The position numbers and the translations under genes are program-made. The notes under the pieces are model-generated. The model made no database searches and had not been told where the DNA came from. It saw only the letters and a list, made by a program, of their open reading frames with translations. This document shows, one piece after another, positions 9,871 to 19,785 of a DNA stretch of 64,000 nucleotides. Positions within the stretch are counted from its first letter, which is position 1; each line of letters begins with the position of its first letter. The DNA lies in the IMG/VR virus record IMGVR_UViG_3300028840_005860, positions 166,070 through 230,069 of that record; one strand, written 5' to 3'.

Positions 9871-11166
9871 ATGGTGAAGAAGAAGGAAACCAAGAAGACC
9901 TCCAAGAAGACCGCCAAGAAGAAGACCAAGAAGAAGGCCAAGGCGAAGTCTGCGCTCCTCCAGGCGAAGGGTCTGCTGAACCACGCCCTCAAGAGCAACG
10001 ACTGGCAGGCGAACCTAGACCCCAAGACCGCCAACAAGCCGCTGGATATCCTCTCGACGAGCTCGATCATCATCGATCACCTCATCGGCGGCAAGTTGAA
10101 CGAACGGGGAATCGCCCCCTGTCCGGGCCTCCCTCGAGGTCGCATCGTGAACGTCTACGGGCGCGAGGGCAGCGGCAAGACCACGCTAGCCCTTGGGACA
10201 TCAGCCCAGACGATCCACGACGGGGGGGTCGTCTGCTACATCGACTGGGAGCACGAGATCGTGCCCGGCTATGCCCTGGCGCTCGGCGTGCCCATCGGTG
10301 ACGAGGAGAGGTTCATGCTCTGCCAGCCTGACACTCTCGACGAGGGCATAGCCATCCTCTGGACGATGGTGAACTCCGGCGTGGACCTGGTCGTGCTCGA
10401 CTCCGTCGGGGCTGGCGTTCCCAGGGCGTACTTCGAGAAGTCCATCAAGGAGACCGCCGAGCAGGGACGCGTCGGGATGAACGCCGCTGTGTGGTCGGCT
10501 TTCCTGCCGAAGCTGAAGGCCCGCACGAGCAAGACGGGTTCGGCCGTGCTCGGGGTCTCCCAGATCCGAGACGCTATCAACACTGGCGGGGGTTACGGCG
10601 ACACCTTCACGGTCCAGGGTGGGAAGGCGTGGAAGTTCTACAGCGCGATCCGCCTGCGTCTTCAGCCGATAGGCGTCGAGAAGGCGTCCGACTACTCCGC
10701 CTTGACGAACAAGGCGCAGGATCGGGTGATCGGGGCGAAGATCCGGGCGAAACTCGACAAGTGCAAGGTCAGTCCGCAGCAGGGGAACGAGGAGATTTTC
10801 TACATCCGGTGGGGCGAGGGCATCGACGATCTACGCTCTCTCATCGAGATCGGCTGCGCCCACAGGCTCGTTCAGAAGAAGGGCTCGTGGCTCTACTGGG
10901 TCGACCCGGACGGCGAGCAGCACGGCAAGCAGGGAATGGAGAACTTCCGCAGGATGTTCGTGGACAACGAGCGTCTGGCCGTGGCCCTGGAGAAGCAGGT
11001 CAAGCCGTTCATGGGCGCCACAGGTAGCTCGAAGGACGAGGATGAGGACGAGGACGAAAACGAGCTGTTCGCCGCCGACGCGTTCCAGGACGACGGCGAA
11101 CTCAGGGAGATCCTCTCGAGCATTCAGACGGACGACCCGGAGATTCCTCCCGACGAACCCGCGTGA
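9871..11166 (+). CDS. recA: RecA recombinase
   Basis: GLPRGRIVNVYGREGSGKTT, YIDWEH, VLDSV, SQIR, GGKAWKFYSAIRL, KCKV; Lys-rich N-terminus and acidic tail. Confidence 0.95.
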   Translation: MVKKKETKKTSKKTAKKKTKKKAKAKSALLQAKGLLNHALKSNDWQANLDPKTANKPLDILSTSSIIIDHLIGGKLNERGIAPCPGLPRGRIVNVYGREGSGKTTLALGTSAQTIHDGGVVCYIDWEHEIVPGYALALGVPIGDEERFMLCQPDTLDEGIAILWTMVNSGVDLVVLDSVGAGVPRAYFEKSIKETAEQGRVGMNAAVWSAFLPKLKARTSKTGSAVLGVSQIRDAINTGGGYGDTFTVQGGKAWKFYSAIRLRLQPIGVEKASDYSALTNKAQDRVIGAKIRAKLDKCKVSPQQGNEEIFYIRWGEGIDDLRSLIEIGCAHRLVQKKGSWLYWVDPDGEQHGKQGMENFRRMFVDNERLAVALEKQVKPFMGATGSSKDEDEDEDENELFAADAFQDDGELREILSSIQTDDPEIPPDEPA

Positions 11167-11182
11167 GGCGGTAGAGTAGGTC

Positions 11183-12424
11183 GTGCCCCTGAAGATCCGC
11201 GTGAGGAACTTCCAGAGCGTCGAGGACGCGGAGATCGTGGTGGACGGCCTGACGGTCGTCACGGGCACGAACAACGCGGGCAAGTCGGCGTTCTTCCGCG
11301 CCGTCCGCGGCGCCCTGACGAACGCGCGAGGTTCGGACTTCGTGCGGCACGGGACGAGCTCCTGCACCGTCGACGTCGAGGATCTCGAGTCCGGCCGCAA
11401 GCTCACGTGGGAGAAGGGGGCCAAGGTGAACCGCTACACGGTAGACGGCGAGGTCTTCGACCGCGTGGGACACGGGGTTCCGCCGGAGGCGCGCGTCTTC
11501 GGAGTGGAGTCCGTCGGCGCCGGCAACTCCGAGCTGTGGCCTCAGATCGCGCCCCAGATCACGGGCGTGAGCTTCCTGCTCCACGAGCCCGGCTCCGTGA
11601 TCGCCGAGGCCGTGGCCGACGTGGAGCGCGTCAACCAGCTCGGCCGCGCTCTCAAGGCGTGCGAGTCTGACCGGCGCGCGGCCAAGGGCGACCTCAAGAC
11701 CCGACGAGCCGACGCCGCGATTCTGAGCCGCCGCCGCGAGGGGTTCGCAGGCCTGGACGAGTTGCTGCAGCGGCTGACGGAGCTGGAGGCGCGCCGGGTG
11801 GCGGCAGATCGCGTGGCGAAGGCCCACGGCAACCTATCGAAGATGGGTCGCAGGTACCACGATGCCGCGGAGGCCGTCGAGAAACTCGCCGGACTGGAGG
11901 ACCTGGAGGCCCCCGTCCCTCCGGAGGAGCGGGTCGTCGCCGTGCAGGGTGTCGCGACCGAACTCGCCGCCACGCGTTCTCTGCGGTGTCGTCATGACCT
12001 CGCGGCGACCGTCGTCCGAAATCTCGAGGGTTCGGACCAGGTGGGAGACCTCTTGCCCTCGGACGAGCGCGTCGCGTATGTCGAGAAGTTTAGGCACGCT
12101 CTCGGAATGTCCGTGGGCCTGGCCCTCCGGCACGACGAGGCCGTCGAGGAGCGAGACCGGACGCTCGAGGTAGAGGCGGCGCTCGAGGGGATCCTCCTCG
12201 ACGACCAGGTCCTCGACCGCGTGGAGAAGCTCCGACGGGCCGTCGTCAACGCGCGTGGTCTCGTGAGGCGGCGCGCGGAGCTGGGTAAGGAGGTGGCGCA
12301 GCTCGAGCGTGAGCTAGCTCGACACGAGGAGGCCCTTGAGCAGACGATGCTGACGGCGGCCCAGCTGCTTGGGACGTACGAGGAGTGCCCCACCTGCGGC
12401 GGCGCGCTAGACCACGTCCACTGA
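11183..12424 (+). CDS. SbcC/Rad50-like ATPase, N-terminal half ending at the zinc hook
   Basis: IRVRNFQS, Walker A GTNNAGKS, coiled coil, terminal CPTCG; no signature motif or Walker B. Confidence 0.85.
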   Translation: MPLKIRVRNFQSVEDAEIVVDGLTVVTGTNNAGKSAFFRAVRGALTNARGSDFVRHGTSSCTVDVEDLESGRKLTWEKGAKVNRYTVDGEVFDRVGHGVPPEARVFGVESVGAGNSELWPQIAPQITGVSFLLHEPGSVIAEAVADVERVNQLGRALKACESDRRAAKGDLKTRRADAAILSRRREGFAGLDELLQRLTELEARRVAADRVAKAHGNLSKMGRRYHDAAEAVEKLAGLEDLEAPVPPEERVVAVQGVATELAATRSLRCRHDLAATVVRNLEGSDQVGDLLPSDERVAYVEKFRHALGMSVGLALRHDEAVEERDRTLEVEAALEGILLDDQVLDRVEKLRRAVVNARGLVRRRAELGKEVAQLERELARHEEALEQTMLTAAQLLGTYEECPTCGGALDHVH

Positions 12425-12427
12425 GAA

Positions 12428-12736
12428 CTACGACCCGGTGCCCGTGTCGGTTTCTCCGGTTTCGGTACCGGAGCCGTCGGTGGGGGTCTCGGTCCCTTCC
12501 GTGTCGGAGCCGTCGGTGGGGGTCTCGGTCCCTCCCGTGTCGGAGCCGTCGGTGGGGGTCTCGGTCCCTTCCGTGTCGGAGCCGTCGGTGGGGGTCTCGG
12601 TCCCTTCCGTGCTGGAGGCATCGGCGGAGGTCCCGCTGTCGGTACCCGAACCGGTCCCGTCGGTGTCGTCATCGTCCGACCCACAGCATGGAACCACGCT
12701 AAGGATCACGGCAAGTACAGCGTGCTCGATCTTCAT
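12428..12736 (-). CDS. Small secreted/lipoprotein-like protein with Thr/Gly/Asp repeats
   Basis: Signal peptide MKIEHAVLAVILSVVPCC followed by TEGTETPTDGSD repeats. Confidence 0.7.
   Translation of the reverse strand: MKIEHAVLAVILSVVPCCGSDDDDTDGTGSGTDSGTSADASSTEGTETPTDGSDTEGTETPTDGSDTGGTETPTDGSDTEGTETPTDGSGTETGETDTGTGS
12469..12611. repeat. 36-bp tandem repeat, 4 copies
   Basis: Unit CGGAGCCGTCGGTGGGGGTCTCGGTCCCTTCCGTGT at 12469, 12505, 12541 and 12577; coding repeat. Confidence 0.95.
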
Positions 12737-12817
12737 GGCGTAGAAGGCAATCCAATAGGGGAATCAGCGGGTTCTTTGCACCATCTCCGAGTTTCACGTA
12801 GAAACAGAGGAGGCCAG

Positions 12818-15064
12818 ATGACCACCCTGTTCGACGTGGACCTGTACACCGTCTTCCTCGGGTTGACCGGCTCGCACGCCTACGGGACGGCGCGGCCGGG
12901 CTCCGACGTGGACGTTCGGGGAGCCTGTCTCGTCCCCGGTCGGGTCCGGGAGAGCTTCTACCAGACGTTCGAGCAGTTCCTCTCCGAGAACCAGAAGGGG
13001 CCCTGGGGCGATAACGCGCGTCGTGCGGTCGAGGTCGTCCTCCGGCACCCGACGGCGGGCCCGGCGTACACGGACGGTGGCGAGGTCCTGGACCTCTGCG
13101 TGTACTCGATCCACAAGTACGTGGCGCTCGCCGCCAACGCCAACCCAAACGTGCTCGAGCTCCTGTTCTTGGACGACCGAGACGTGCTCTTCACGACGCC
13201 GGCGTGGGACCGGCTCCGGGAACACAGAGACCTGTTCCTGTCGAAGAAGTGTCGTCACACGTACACGGGCTACGCGATGTCGCAGCTCAAGCGCATCAAG
13301 GGGCATCGAGCGTGGCTTCTGAACCCGCCGAAGGCCGAGCCCACGCGGGCGGAGTTCGGACTGCCCGAGGAGTCCGTGCTCCCGGCCGACGTACGCAACC
13401 AGATCGACGAGGCGGTGTCGAAGATCATCCGTGACTGGGGAGTCGAGGACGGTCTCGACGAGCATATCAAGGGTGCTCCACAGGACGTGCTGCGCGAGCG
13501 CATGGCCGATTTCCAGGCGACCGTCCTGAACTGCACGGAGGACATGCTGGACGAGAGGACCTACGAGCTGGCCGGGGCGAGTCTCGGACTCACGAAGGAC
13601 GTGCTCTACGCGATCAAGCAGGAGCGGCGGTACCGGGTGGCGCGGAAGCACTGGGAGCAGTTCAAGCGGTGGGAACGTGACCGCAACCCGGCCCGCGCCG
13701 AGCTCGAGGCGAAGCACGGCTACGACTGCTATTCGGCGGACACGCAGTTTCTGACCGACAGCGGGTGGAAGTACTTCGACGAGGTGGGTCAGGAGGACAT
13801 GCTTGCGACCATGTACGTCGGCAGAGACATGCAGCACAGGCGGCTTGGTGCCCTGGAGTATCAAGAGCCTCTTGAGAGGTTCGACGGGACCTTCACAGGC
13901 AACCTGTATGCGTTCAAGGGTTACCACACCGACGTGCTCGTGACCCCCAACCACAGAATGCTTCATCGTCAGGTCTCGCGAAGGAAGGATGAGACCTACG
14001 GCATCACCATGACAGAAGCCGCGCGGCTGCCGGATGCCTTCGATTTCTTCCGAACGATCCGCCCACGCAAGAAGAGGTACTCCACACAGGACCTTTTCGC
14101 CAACCTTCCAATCAAACCGGAGGCGTTCCTCCGTCTGATGGGCTGGTATCTCTCGGACGGGACCGCGTCAAAGCCGAAGGGTTCGGCGCGCGTGAAGGAT
14201 GTCCGCGTCAGCCAGAAAAAGGGAGGCCGTCTTCATCGGGGCCTTTCCCGGTTTCATGGTCAGTACGGAAAGAGCGCGAACGCCACTCTGCATTCCTACG
14301 ACAGAGAGAGTGGAACGGGAGAGCGGATTACGGAGATGGTCCTGGTGGTCCGAAACAAGATTATCCGGGAGAGGCTCGTGTCGGAGTGCGGCAGGAAGAA
14401 GGACAAGCGCATCCCCCGGTGGGTGTTTGGCCTTTCGAAACGCATGATGGAGATCCTTTTCGATGCGATGTGCGGAGGTGACGGCACCGTCCGTCCCACT
14501 TCCAAGAGAAGTTGGATCTACTACTCGTCCCTGGAGGGACTCGCGGACGACGTCAACGAGCTGGCCGTACACTGCGGCTGGGAGACGTCGCGTTGGGGGC
14601 CGTATCCGAGCCCGACCGACTGGAATCCTGATGCCGTCATGTACCAGGTCCACGTCGATAAGAAGGCGAAGCGGTTTCAGCGGTTCGTCCGGCACGGGGC
14701 CGTTGAGACGGTGCCCGTGAAGAACCATCGAATCGTGTGTTTTACGGTTCCTAACGGAACCTTGATCACCAGGCGCAACGGGCGTGTCGGCATCCATGGG
14801 AACAGCAAGCACGGGGCTCATCTCATCCGTCTCTTGAGGACGGGACTGGAGATTCTGCGAGACGGGGAGTTGCTCGTGCGGCGTCCTGATGCCGAGGAAC
14901 TTGCAAAGATCAGGGACGGTTACTACACGTACGACGACCTGATGGCCGAGGCCGAATCGCTCCAGGAGGCGATGAAGGAGGCTGCCAAGGACTCCGCGCT
15001 GCCGGAGGCTCCCGACAGGGAGCGCATCGACGAGGTTCTTTTCTCGATCCTTGAGACCGCCTAA
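12818..15064 (+). CDS. Pol-beta superfamily nucleotidyltransferase (YcgL/RlaP/T4 NrdC.11-like), intein-containing
   Basis: GSHAYGTARPGSDVDVRG, NPNVLELLF, GYAMSQL, GYD|intein|SKHGAHLIRLL; GAGGAGG RBS before ATG 12818. Confidence 0.88.
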   Translation: MTTLFDVDLYTVFLGLTGSHAYGTARPGSDVDVRGACLVPGRVRESFYQTFEQFLSENQKGPWGDNARRAVEVVLRHPTAGPAYTDGGEVLDLCVYSIHKYVALAANANPNVLELLFLDDRDVLFTTPAWDRLREHRDLFLSKKCRHTYTGYAMSQLKRIKGHRAWLLNPPKAEPTRAEFGLPEESVLPADVRNQIDEAVSKIIRDWGVEDGLDEHIKGAPQDVLRERMADFQATVLNCTEDMLDERTYELAGASLGLTKDVLYAIKQERRYRVARKHWEQFKRWERDRNPARAELEAKHGYDCYSADTQFLTDSGWKYFDEVGQEDMLATMYVGRDMQHRRLGALEYQEPLERFDGTFTGNLYAFKGYHTDVLVTPNHRMLHRQVSRRKDETYGITMTEAARLPDAFDFFRTIRPRKKRYSTQDLFANLPIKPEAFLRLMGWYLSDGTASKPKGSARVKDVRVSQKKGGRLHRGLSRFHGQYGKSANATLHSYDRESGTGERITEMVLVVRNKIIRERLVSECGRKKDKRIPRWVFGLSKRMMEILFDAMCGGDGTVRPTSKRSWIYYSSLEGLADDVNELAVHCGWETSRWGPYPSPTDWNPDAVMYQVHVDKKAKRFQRFVRHGAVETVPVKNHRIVCFTVPNGTLITRRNGRVGIHGNSKHGAHLIRLLRTGLEILRDGELLVRRPDAEELAKIRDGYYTYDDLMAEAESLQEAMKEAAKDSALPEAPDRERIDEVLFSILETA
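13727..14803 (+). mobile_element. Intein with LAGLIDADG endonuclease (359 aa)
   Basis: D|CYSADTQFLTDSGW...VTPNHRM...MGWYLSDG...MCGGDG...VGIHGN|S. Confidence 0.93.
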
Positions 15065-15108
15065 ACGGCAGCCGGTTTCGCGCAAATCTGGTGGGTACAA
15101 GTGAGGAG

Positions 15109-16098
15109 ATGCTTCGTCTCCTCTGGCGCACCGACGTCCACTACTCCGACCAGACGCCTTCCTCCCGGACAGACGACTGGACGGAGACGGTCGCTCACAA
15201 ACTCGCCGAGGTCGGCCGAATCGCGCGCGACCACGAGTGCAGGGCCGTGATCGACGGCGGCGACTTCTTTAACGAGAAGACTCCCGTCCGCACGAGCCAC
15301 CGTCTCGTGGGGCGCATCGCCCGCATCCACGCGCACTACCCGTGCCCCGTGTTCTGCAACGTGGGCAACCACGACGTGCGCCTTGCCAGACTCGAGAACC
15401 TCGCTGAGAGCCCGCTCGGGAGCCTCTTCGACGCGGGCGTGTTCTACCCTCTGCACGACAGCAACGAGATGCTCGTGGACCACGAGGGGGTGAAGGTCCG
15501 GGCCGTCGGCATCCCGTACCACGGGCCGCGCTACGATCTCGACAGGTTCCGCGCGATCAGTCGTCGCGACGAGGACTGGCTCCTGTGTGCGGCCCACCTG
15601 CTCGCGTCTCCGCATGGCGGAGAGATGTTCAAGAAGGAGGACATCGTCCGCTACTCCGACCTGCCCGAGCTCGCGCCCGACGTGGACATTTTCCTGCTGA
15701 GCCACTGGCATAAGGACCAGGGCATCGAGGAGGTCGCGGACGGCAAGTGGGTGGTGAACGTGGGGAGTTTGACGCGAGGAGCCCTGACGCAGGACAACGT
15801 GGACCGAGAGCCGGGCGTGGTGGTCATCGGCCTCTGGCCGCGATCTCGGGGGATCCCGCCCCAGCTGGAGTTCGTGAAAATCTCGGTCCGGCCCGCGAGC
15901 GAGGTCTTCGACATGGAGAAGCGCACTCGAGAGGAGGCACGGCTCATGACGGTGGATGCCTTCGTCGAGTCGGTGAGGCGCGAGCTCCAGTCGTCGTCCG
16001 ACCGTCCTTTCAGCGAGATCGTCGCCGAGATGGACCTTCCCGACAGGGTGAGGGAACGGGCGATGGCGTACATCGAGGAGGCCGCGAGGCCGCGATGA
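15109..16098 (+). CDS. SbcD/Mre11-like metallophosphoesterase nuclease
   Basis: TDVH, GGDFF, VGNHD, SHWH, VGSL motifs; GAGGAG before ATG 15109. Confidence 0.9.
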   Translation: MLRLLWRTDVHYSDQTPSSRTDDWTETVAHKLAEVGRIARDHECRAVIDGGDFFNEKTPVRTSHRLVGRIARIHAHYPCPVFCNVGNHDVRLARLENLAESPLGSLFDAGVFYPLHDSNEMLVDHEGVKVRAVGIPYHGPRYDLDRFRAISRRDEDWLLCAAHLLASPHGGEMFKKEDIVRYSDLPELAPDVDIFLLSHWHKDQGIEEVADGKWVVNVGSLTRGALTQDNVDREPGVVVIGLWPRSRGIPPQLEFVKISVRPASEVFDMEKRTREEARLMTVDAFVESVRRELQSSSDRPFSEIVAEMDLPDRVRERAMAYIEEAARPR

Positions 16099-17084
16099 GC
16101 GAGCTAGGACCGCGGGAGGCCTCGGTAGAGTGCCCCCCGATGCCTCCCCCGCGCACCTTGTTCTGGACGCACCTCGACTCGTACGAGAAGTGCCCTCAGA
16201 AGTGCCTCTGGTCGGCGGGTTGGGGCGGCATCGACCTGGGCGCCGGTCCGGGCAAGGCGAAGCCCAAGCCGAACGACAAGTCCCGACACCACGCCGTCAT
16301 GGGCATTGTGATCCAGGCCGTGCTGGAGGACCTCTACAATCAGTATCTCTGGAAGCATCGGCAGGGCCTCCAGACGCGGCTCACGCAGCTCACGCGCGAG
16401 AAGCTGTCGGCCACGTGCGCCAGGTCGTACATCGACTGGCACCAGGCCCCCTCCTACGAGGAGATGGAGCAGATCTGCGTCGCGGGCGTGCTCGGCTACC
16501 TGAAGACGATGAAGGGTCATCGCCTCCTGGGCCAGTACGCGCGCAGCGAGGTGGAGCTATTCGGTCACGCCGCGAGCTGGCTCCCGCTCGGAGGACGCGC
16601 GGACTTCGTGATCCGTCGCGACGACACGGGCATCACCCTGCTCGACGGCAAGAACAGCGAGACGAAGATGAAGTACGTCGATCCGGACCAGCTGCGCTGG
16701 TACGCGCTGTGCTTCGTCCTGAGCTACCACCAACTCCCGCAGCGGCTCGGCTTCGTCTGGTACCGCTACCCGTTCGATGAGCAAACCGGGGAGTCGGGAG
16801 TCGACTGGGTAGAGTTCACGAAGCGCGACCTGGCCGAGCTCGTCGAGCGCGCCAAGAAGGTGCGCCGTGGACAGGAGGCCGAGAAGTTCGACGCGTCCCC
16901 GGCCTACAAGGTCTGCCGGTTCTGCGACTACGAGTCCGTGTGCCCGCAGCGCCAGGAGGCCAAGGCGAAGAACGTGGCGAAGCGCAAACGTGAAAATCCC
17001 GAATTGTACGTCTCGGGGGACGACCCTCTGGGCATCGTGGAGTTCGGGTTCGGAGGCGATTCAGCGGTCCTCCGCAAGGGGTAA
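16095..17084 (+). CDS. PD-(D/E)XK exonuclease (RecB/AddB/Cas4-like) with Fe-S cysteines
   Basis: YEKCP, GRADFV, LDGK, QLRWYA, CRFCDYESVC; ATGA overlap with the upstream gene. Confidence 0.87.
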   Translation: MSELGPREASVECPPMPPPRTLFWTHLDSYEKCPQKCLWSAGWGGIDLGAGPGKAKPKPNDKSRHHAVMGIVIQAVLEDLYNQYLWKHRQGLQTRLTQLTREKLSATCARSYIDWHQAPSYEEMEQICVAGVLGYLKTMKGHRLLGQYARSEVELFGHAASWLPLGGRADFVIRRDDTGITLLDGKNSETKMKYVDPDQLRWYALCFVLSYHQLPQRLGFVWYRYPFDEQTGESGVDWVEFTKRDLAELVERAKKVRRGQEAEKFDASPAYKVCRFCDYESVCPQRQEAKAKNVAKRKRENPELYVSGDDPLGIVEFGFGGDSAVLRKG

Positions 17085-17085
17085 C
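17057..17085 (+). promoter_or_regulatory. Putative early/middle promoter (CGATTCAGC...GGGGTAA)
   Basis: Matches 6912..6940 with identical spacing. Confidence 0.6.
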
Positions 17086-17137
17086 AGGGACAGGAGCATG
17101 TCCCGGCACCAATCCAGGGGCCCTCGGGAGGAGCGGC

Positions 17138-17437
17138 GTGACCAACCTCGACCAGGAACTTGAGAACGTCGTCAGGAAGCGAAAGCAGCTCCAGGGGGAG
17201 CTCGAGCGCCTGCGCGGTCGCAAGGAGCAGGCCGAGGCTAATCTCGAGGCCGTCGAGAAGGAGATTCGGTCCAAAGGAATCGAACCCTCCGAGATCGACG
17301 AGAAGCTCCGCCAGCTCGAGGAGAAGTACCAGACCCTCGTCGAGGAACTCAAGAAAGACACCGAAGCAGCCGAGCGGGCCCTCGCCCCGTTCGTCGGAGG
17401 AAGCGAAAACAATGAAGATCGAAGTAGCCAAGCCTGA
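17138..17437 (+). CDS. Small coiled-coil protein
   Basis: GGAGG RBS; heptad-rich 99 aa. Confidence 0.75.
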   Translation: MTNLDQELENVVRKRKQLQGELERLRGRKEQAEANLEAVEKEIRSKGIEPSEIDEKLRQLEEKYQTLVEELKKDTEAAERALAPFVGGSENNEDRSSQA

Positions 17438-18572
17438 TCTCGAGGCGGCGCTCCAGGTCGCATCCATCGGGACCGCGTCGACCGGAAGCGACCTCACGAC
17501 CCACTTCGTATTCTGGCACAGGCCAGACGGCATCGTCGAGGTTCTGTCCAGTAACAACCGTCTCGGCGTCTCGATGCCCATCGCGGGCTGCAAGGCGGTC
17601 CTCCCGGACGGCGACGACACGGGCTCGTTCACCATCGAGTCGTGGCGCCTCAACAAGTGGATCGCGGCGGTCGAGGACGCCGTGCTCGCGCTGGAGCTGG
17701 AGGACGGCGTCGTCAAGGCGACGTGCCCGAAGGGTTCGGTCAAGTTCCAGTCCCTCGATCCCTCGGAGTTCCCTCACTGGGAGGAGGCTCTCGCGGAGAG
17801 CCCGGCCGGGACCGCCATCGCGGCGCGGCGGCTCCACGCGGCCCTGTCCCACGTCAAGCTGTTCATCTCGGACAAGGACACCACCACCCCGAAGCTGGCG
17901 GTGACCGAGATCCTGAACGAGTCCCTCCAGGCGACCGACAAGGGCGCGCTCGGGGTCGTGACTATCGATGAGCTGGCCAAGAGCAACCTCCGCATCCACG
18001 GCAAGGACCTGGGCCAGGTGCTCTCCTTCCTGGCCGCGTGCGGCGACGACGAGGTGCAGGTTCGGGAGCACGAGAGGTGCCTCTTCCTCGTGCGTCAGGA
18101 CGAGGGCGTCATGTCGGTCGGGCGGCCGCACCACGCCTTCCCGGACATCAAACTCGACAAGAAACCGGACGATCCGCATCACTGGACGATCAAGACGGCG
18201 GAACTTCGCATGGCAATCAACGCCCTCGCAGCCTCGGCCGCGAGGGAGGACACGCGGCTCAGCTTCGGGATCGACAGGAACATGGTCGGCCTGACGATGA
18301 CCAGCGCGTCGGGAGACCGCGTCACCCTGCACTTGGAGGCGCAGGACCAGAGTTCGGGCGAGGACGCCGAGGTCCCGCTCCCGGAGAGCGGTTTCGACAT
18401 CGCCTACCCCTACCTCCTCAAGCTGCTCGGCCAGTACCAGGCCGAGACCATCAAGTTCGGCCTCAATCCCCAGGTAGACCAGGCGACCGGAAAACCCCGT
18501 GGCGGCTGGGTGCGCTTCCGTGAGGATCGGGGTGGCGACGACTACCTCACGCTGCTCGTCTGGCTGCTCTAG
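17412..18572 (+). CDS. dnaN: DNA polymerase III beta sliding clamp-like protein
   Basis: About 386 aa; MKIEVAKPDLEAAL start, SLDPSEFP, LQATD, AFPD and three-domain periodicity; dnaX nearby. Confidence 0.75.
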   Translation: MKIEVAKPDLEAALQVASIGTASTGSDLTTHFVFWHRPDGIVEVLSSNNRLGVSMPIAGCKAVLPDGDDTGSFTIESWRLNKWIAAVEDAVLALELEDGVVKATCPKGSVKFQSLDPSEFPHWEEALAESPAGTAIAARRLHAALSHVKLFISDKDTTTPKLAVTEILNESLQATDKGALGVVTIDELAKSNLRIHGKDLGQVLSFLAACGDDEVQVREHERCLFLVRQDEGVMSVGRPHHAFPDIKLDKKPDDPHHWTIKTAELRMAINALAASAAREDTRLSFGIDRNMVGLTMTSASGDRVTLHLEAQDQSSGEDAEVPLPESGFDIAYPYLLKLLGQYQAETIKFGLNPQVDQATGKPRGGWVRFREDRGGDDYLTLLVWLL

Positions 18573-18598
18573 GAGGGGCCCTCGGGCCATCCCGAACC

Positions 18599-19270
18599 GT
18601 GACGGATCTCGCTGCCCTTCCCGACCTCACGGCCGCGCGTGCGATGGCCAACAAGGCCCTCGGGCTCCGGGACGCGCTCGACCAGCAGATCGAGGAGAAC
18701 GACCGACGCATCACCGACCTGGAGAGGGAGGAGGAGCTGCTCGAGCTCGTCGGCAACCTGCTCCGACGCCTCATCGACGCCGAGGTCACGGATGGCGTCC
18801 GGGCCGTCGAGAAGCTTCAGACGGAGGGACTCCAGGAGATCTTCCACGACCAAGAGATGTCCGTGCGCGCCGAGGTAGAGGAGTCGAGGGGCAGGATCTC
18901 CGTCACTCTCCTGACGCAGCGCAGGCAGAAGGACGGTTCTTTCGTAGAGGGCGTCGTAGATCAGTCGTTCGGCGGCAGCGTGCTCACGATGCAGAGCATT
19001 CTCATGCGGATCACGGTCATCTTCCGTCGGGGACTGCGGCCGCTCCTCCTCCTGGACGAGACGCTGGGGGCCGTGGCGAACAAGTACGTCGACCGGGCGG
19101 CGCGGTTCCTGTCCACGCTCTGCCGACGCCTAGAACTCGACATTCTCCTGATAACCCACGACGAGGCCCTAGTGGGCGCGGGCCATCGAGCCTACTACGT
19201 GACCTACGCCAAGGACCGCGCGAGGTTCCGGGAGATCTCCTCCGAGGAGATGCAGGGAATCAGACGATGA
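18599..19270 (+). CDS. SbcC/Rad50-like ATPase, C-terminal half
   Basis: Short coiled coil, signature-like SFGGS, Walker B LLLLDE, H-loop LITHD; no Walker A. Confidence 0.85.
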   Translation: MTDLAALPDLTAARAMANKALGLRDALDQQIEENDRRITDLEREEELLELVGNLLRRLIDAEVTDGVRAVEKLQTEGLQEIFHDQEMSVRAEVEESRGRISVTLLTQRRQKDGSFVEGVVDQSFGGSVLTMQSILMRITVIFRRGLRPLLLLDETLGAVANKYVDRAARFLSTLCRRLELDILLITHDEALVGAGHRAYYVTYAKDRARFREISSEEMQGIRR

Positions 19271-19785
19271 AGACGGAGGGTCAGATCAAGCAGAAGGCCA
19301 AGCAGGTGATCTTCCGTCACCGCAAGGAGTACGTCCGTCAGGGACTCGCCCGGCGGCCGCCGAACTGCCTCTACAACGAGGAGGTCACGCTTCCCGTCCA
19401 CATGGCGAACCGAGCGACCATCCACGTCTGCGGATACTATCCCGGTGCCGACCGCAACAACGTCGTCTGCGACTCGACCATGGGAGGCGACCGGCAGGCG
19501 GCCGAGTGCCCCTACTTCCGCGTCCGCCGGAGTCCGGAGGCCCTCAAGGACGAGTTTCACGACAGGATAGGTCGAGGGATCGGCTACCTTGCGAAGGCGT
19601 ACCCGGACGTGGCCGCGCTCATGTGGGTGATGGGTCCCGGCAAGGAGACGAGTCGGGAGGAGGCCGAGTCCGAACCCGAGCCCGAGAACCAGGGCAACAT
19701 CCTCGCGTTCTTCGGCGAGGAGGAACCCGAGGACCTACCTGAGCGTCCTCTCGTGGAGGAGGGATCCGATGACGAGTCTCCTTGA
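19267..19785 (+). CDS. Cys-containing hypothetical protein
   Basis: ATGA overlap with the upstream gene; four spaced Cys and an acidic tail. Confidence 0.7.
   Translation: MKTEGQIKQKAKQVIFRHRKEYVRQGLARRPPNCLYNEEVTLPVHMANRATIHVCGYYPGADRNNVVCDSTMGGDRQAAECPYFRVRRSPEALKDEFHDRIGRGIGYLAKAYPDVAALMWVMGPGKETSREEAESEPEPENQGNILAFFGEEEPEDLPERPLVEEGSDDESP

Noticed and set aside
12469-12611. 36-bp repeat as CRISPR
   Set aside because: Head-to-tail units with no spacers; an in-frame coding repeat.
16095-17084. Cas4 of a CRISPR system
   Set aside because: Stand-alone PD-(D/E)XK nuclease in a recombination operon; no cas1/cas2 or array.
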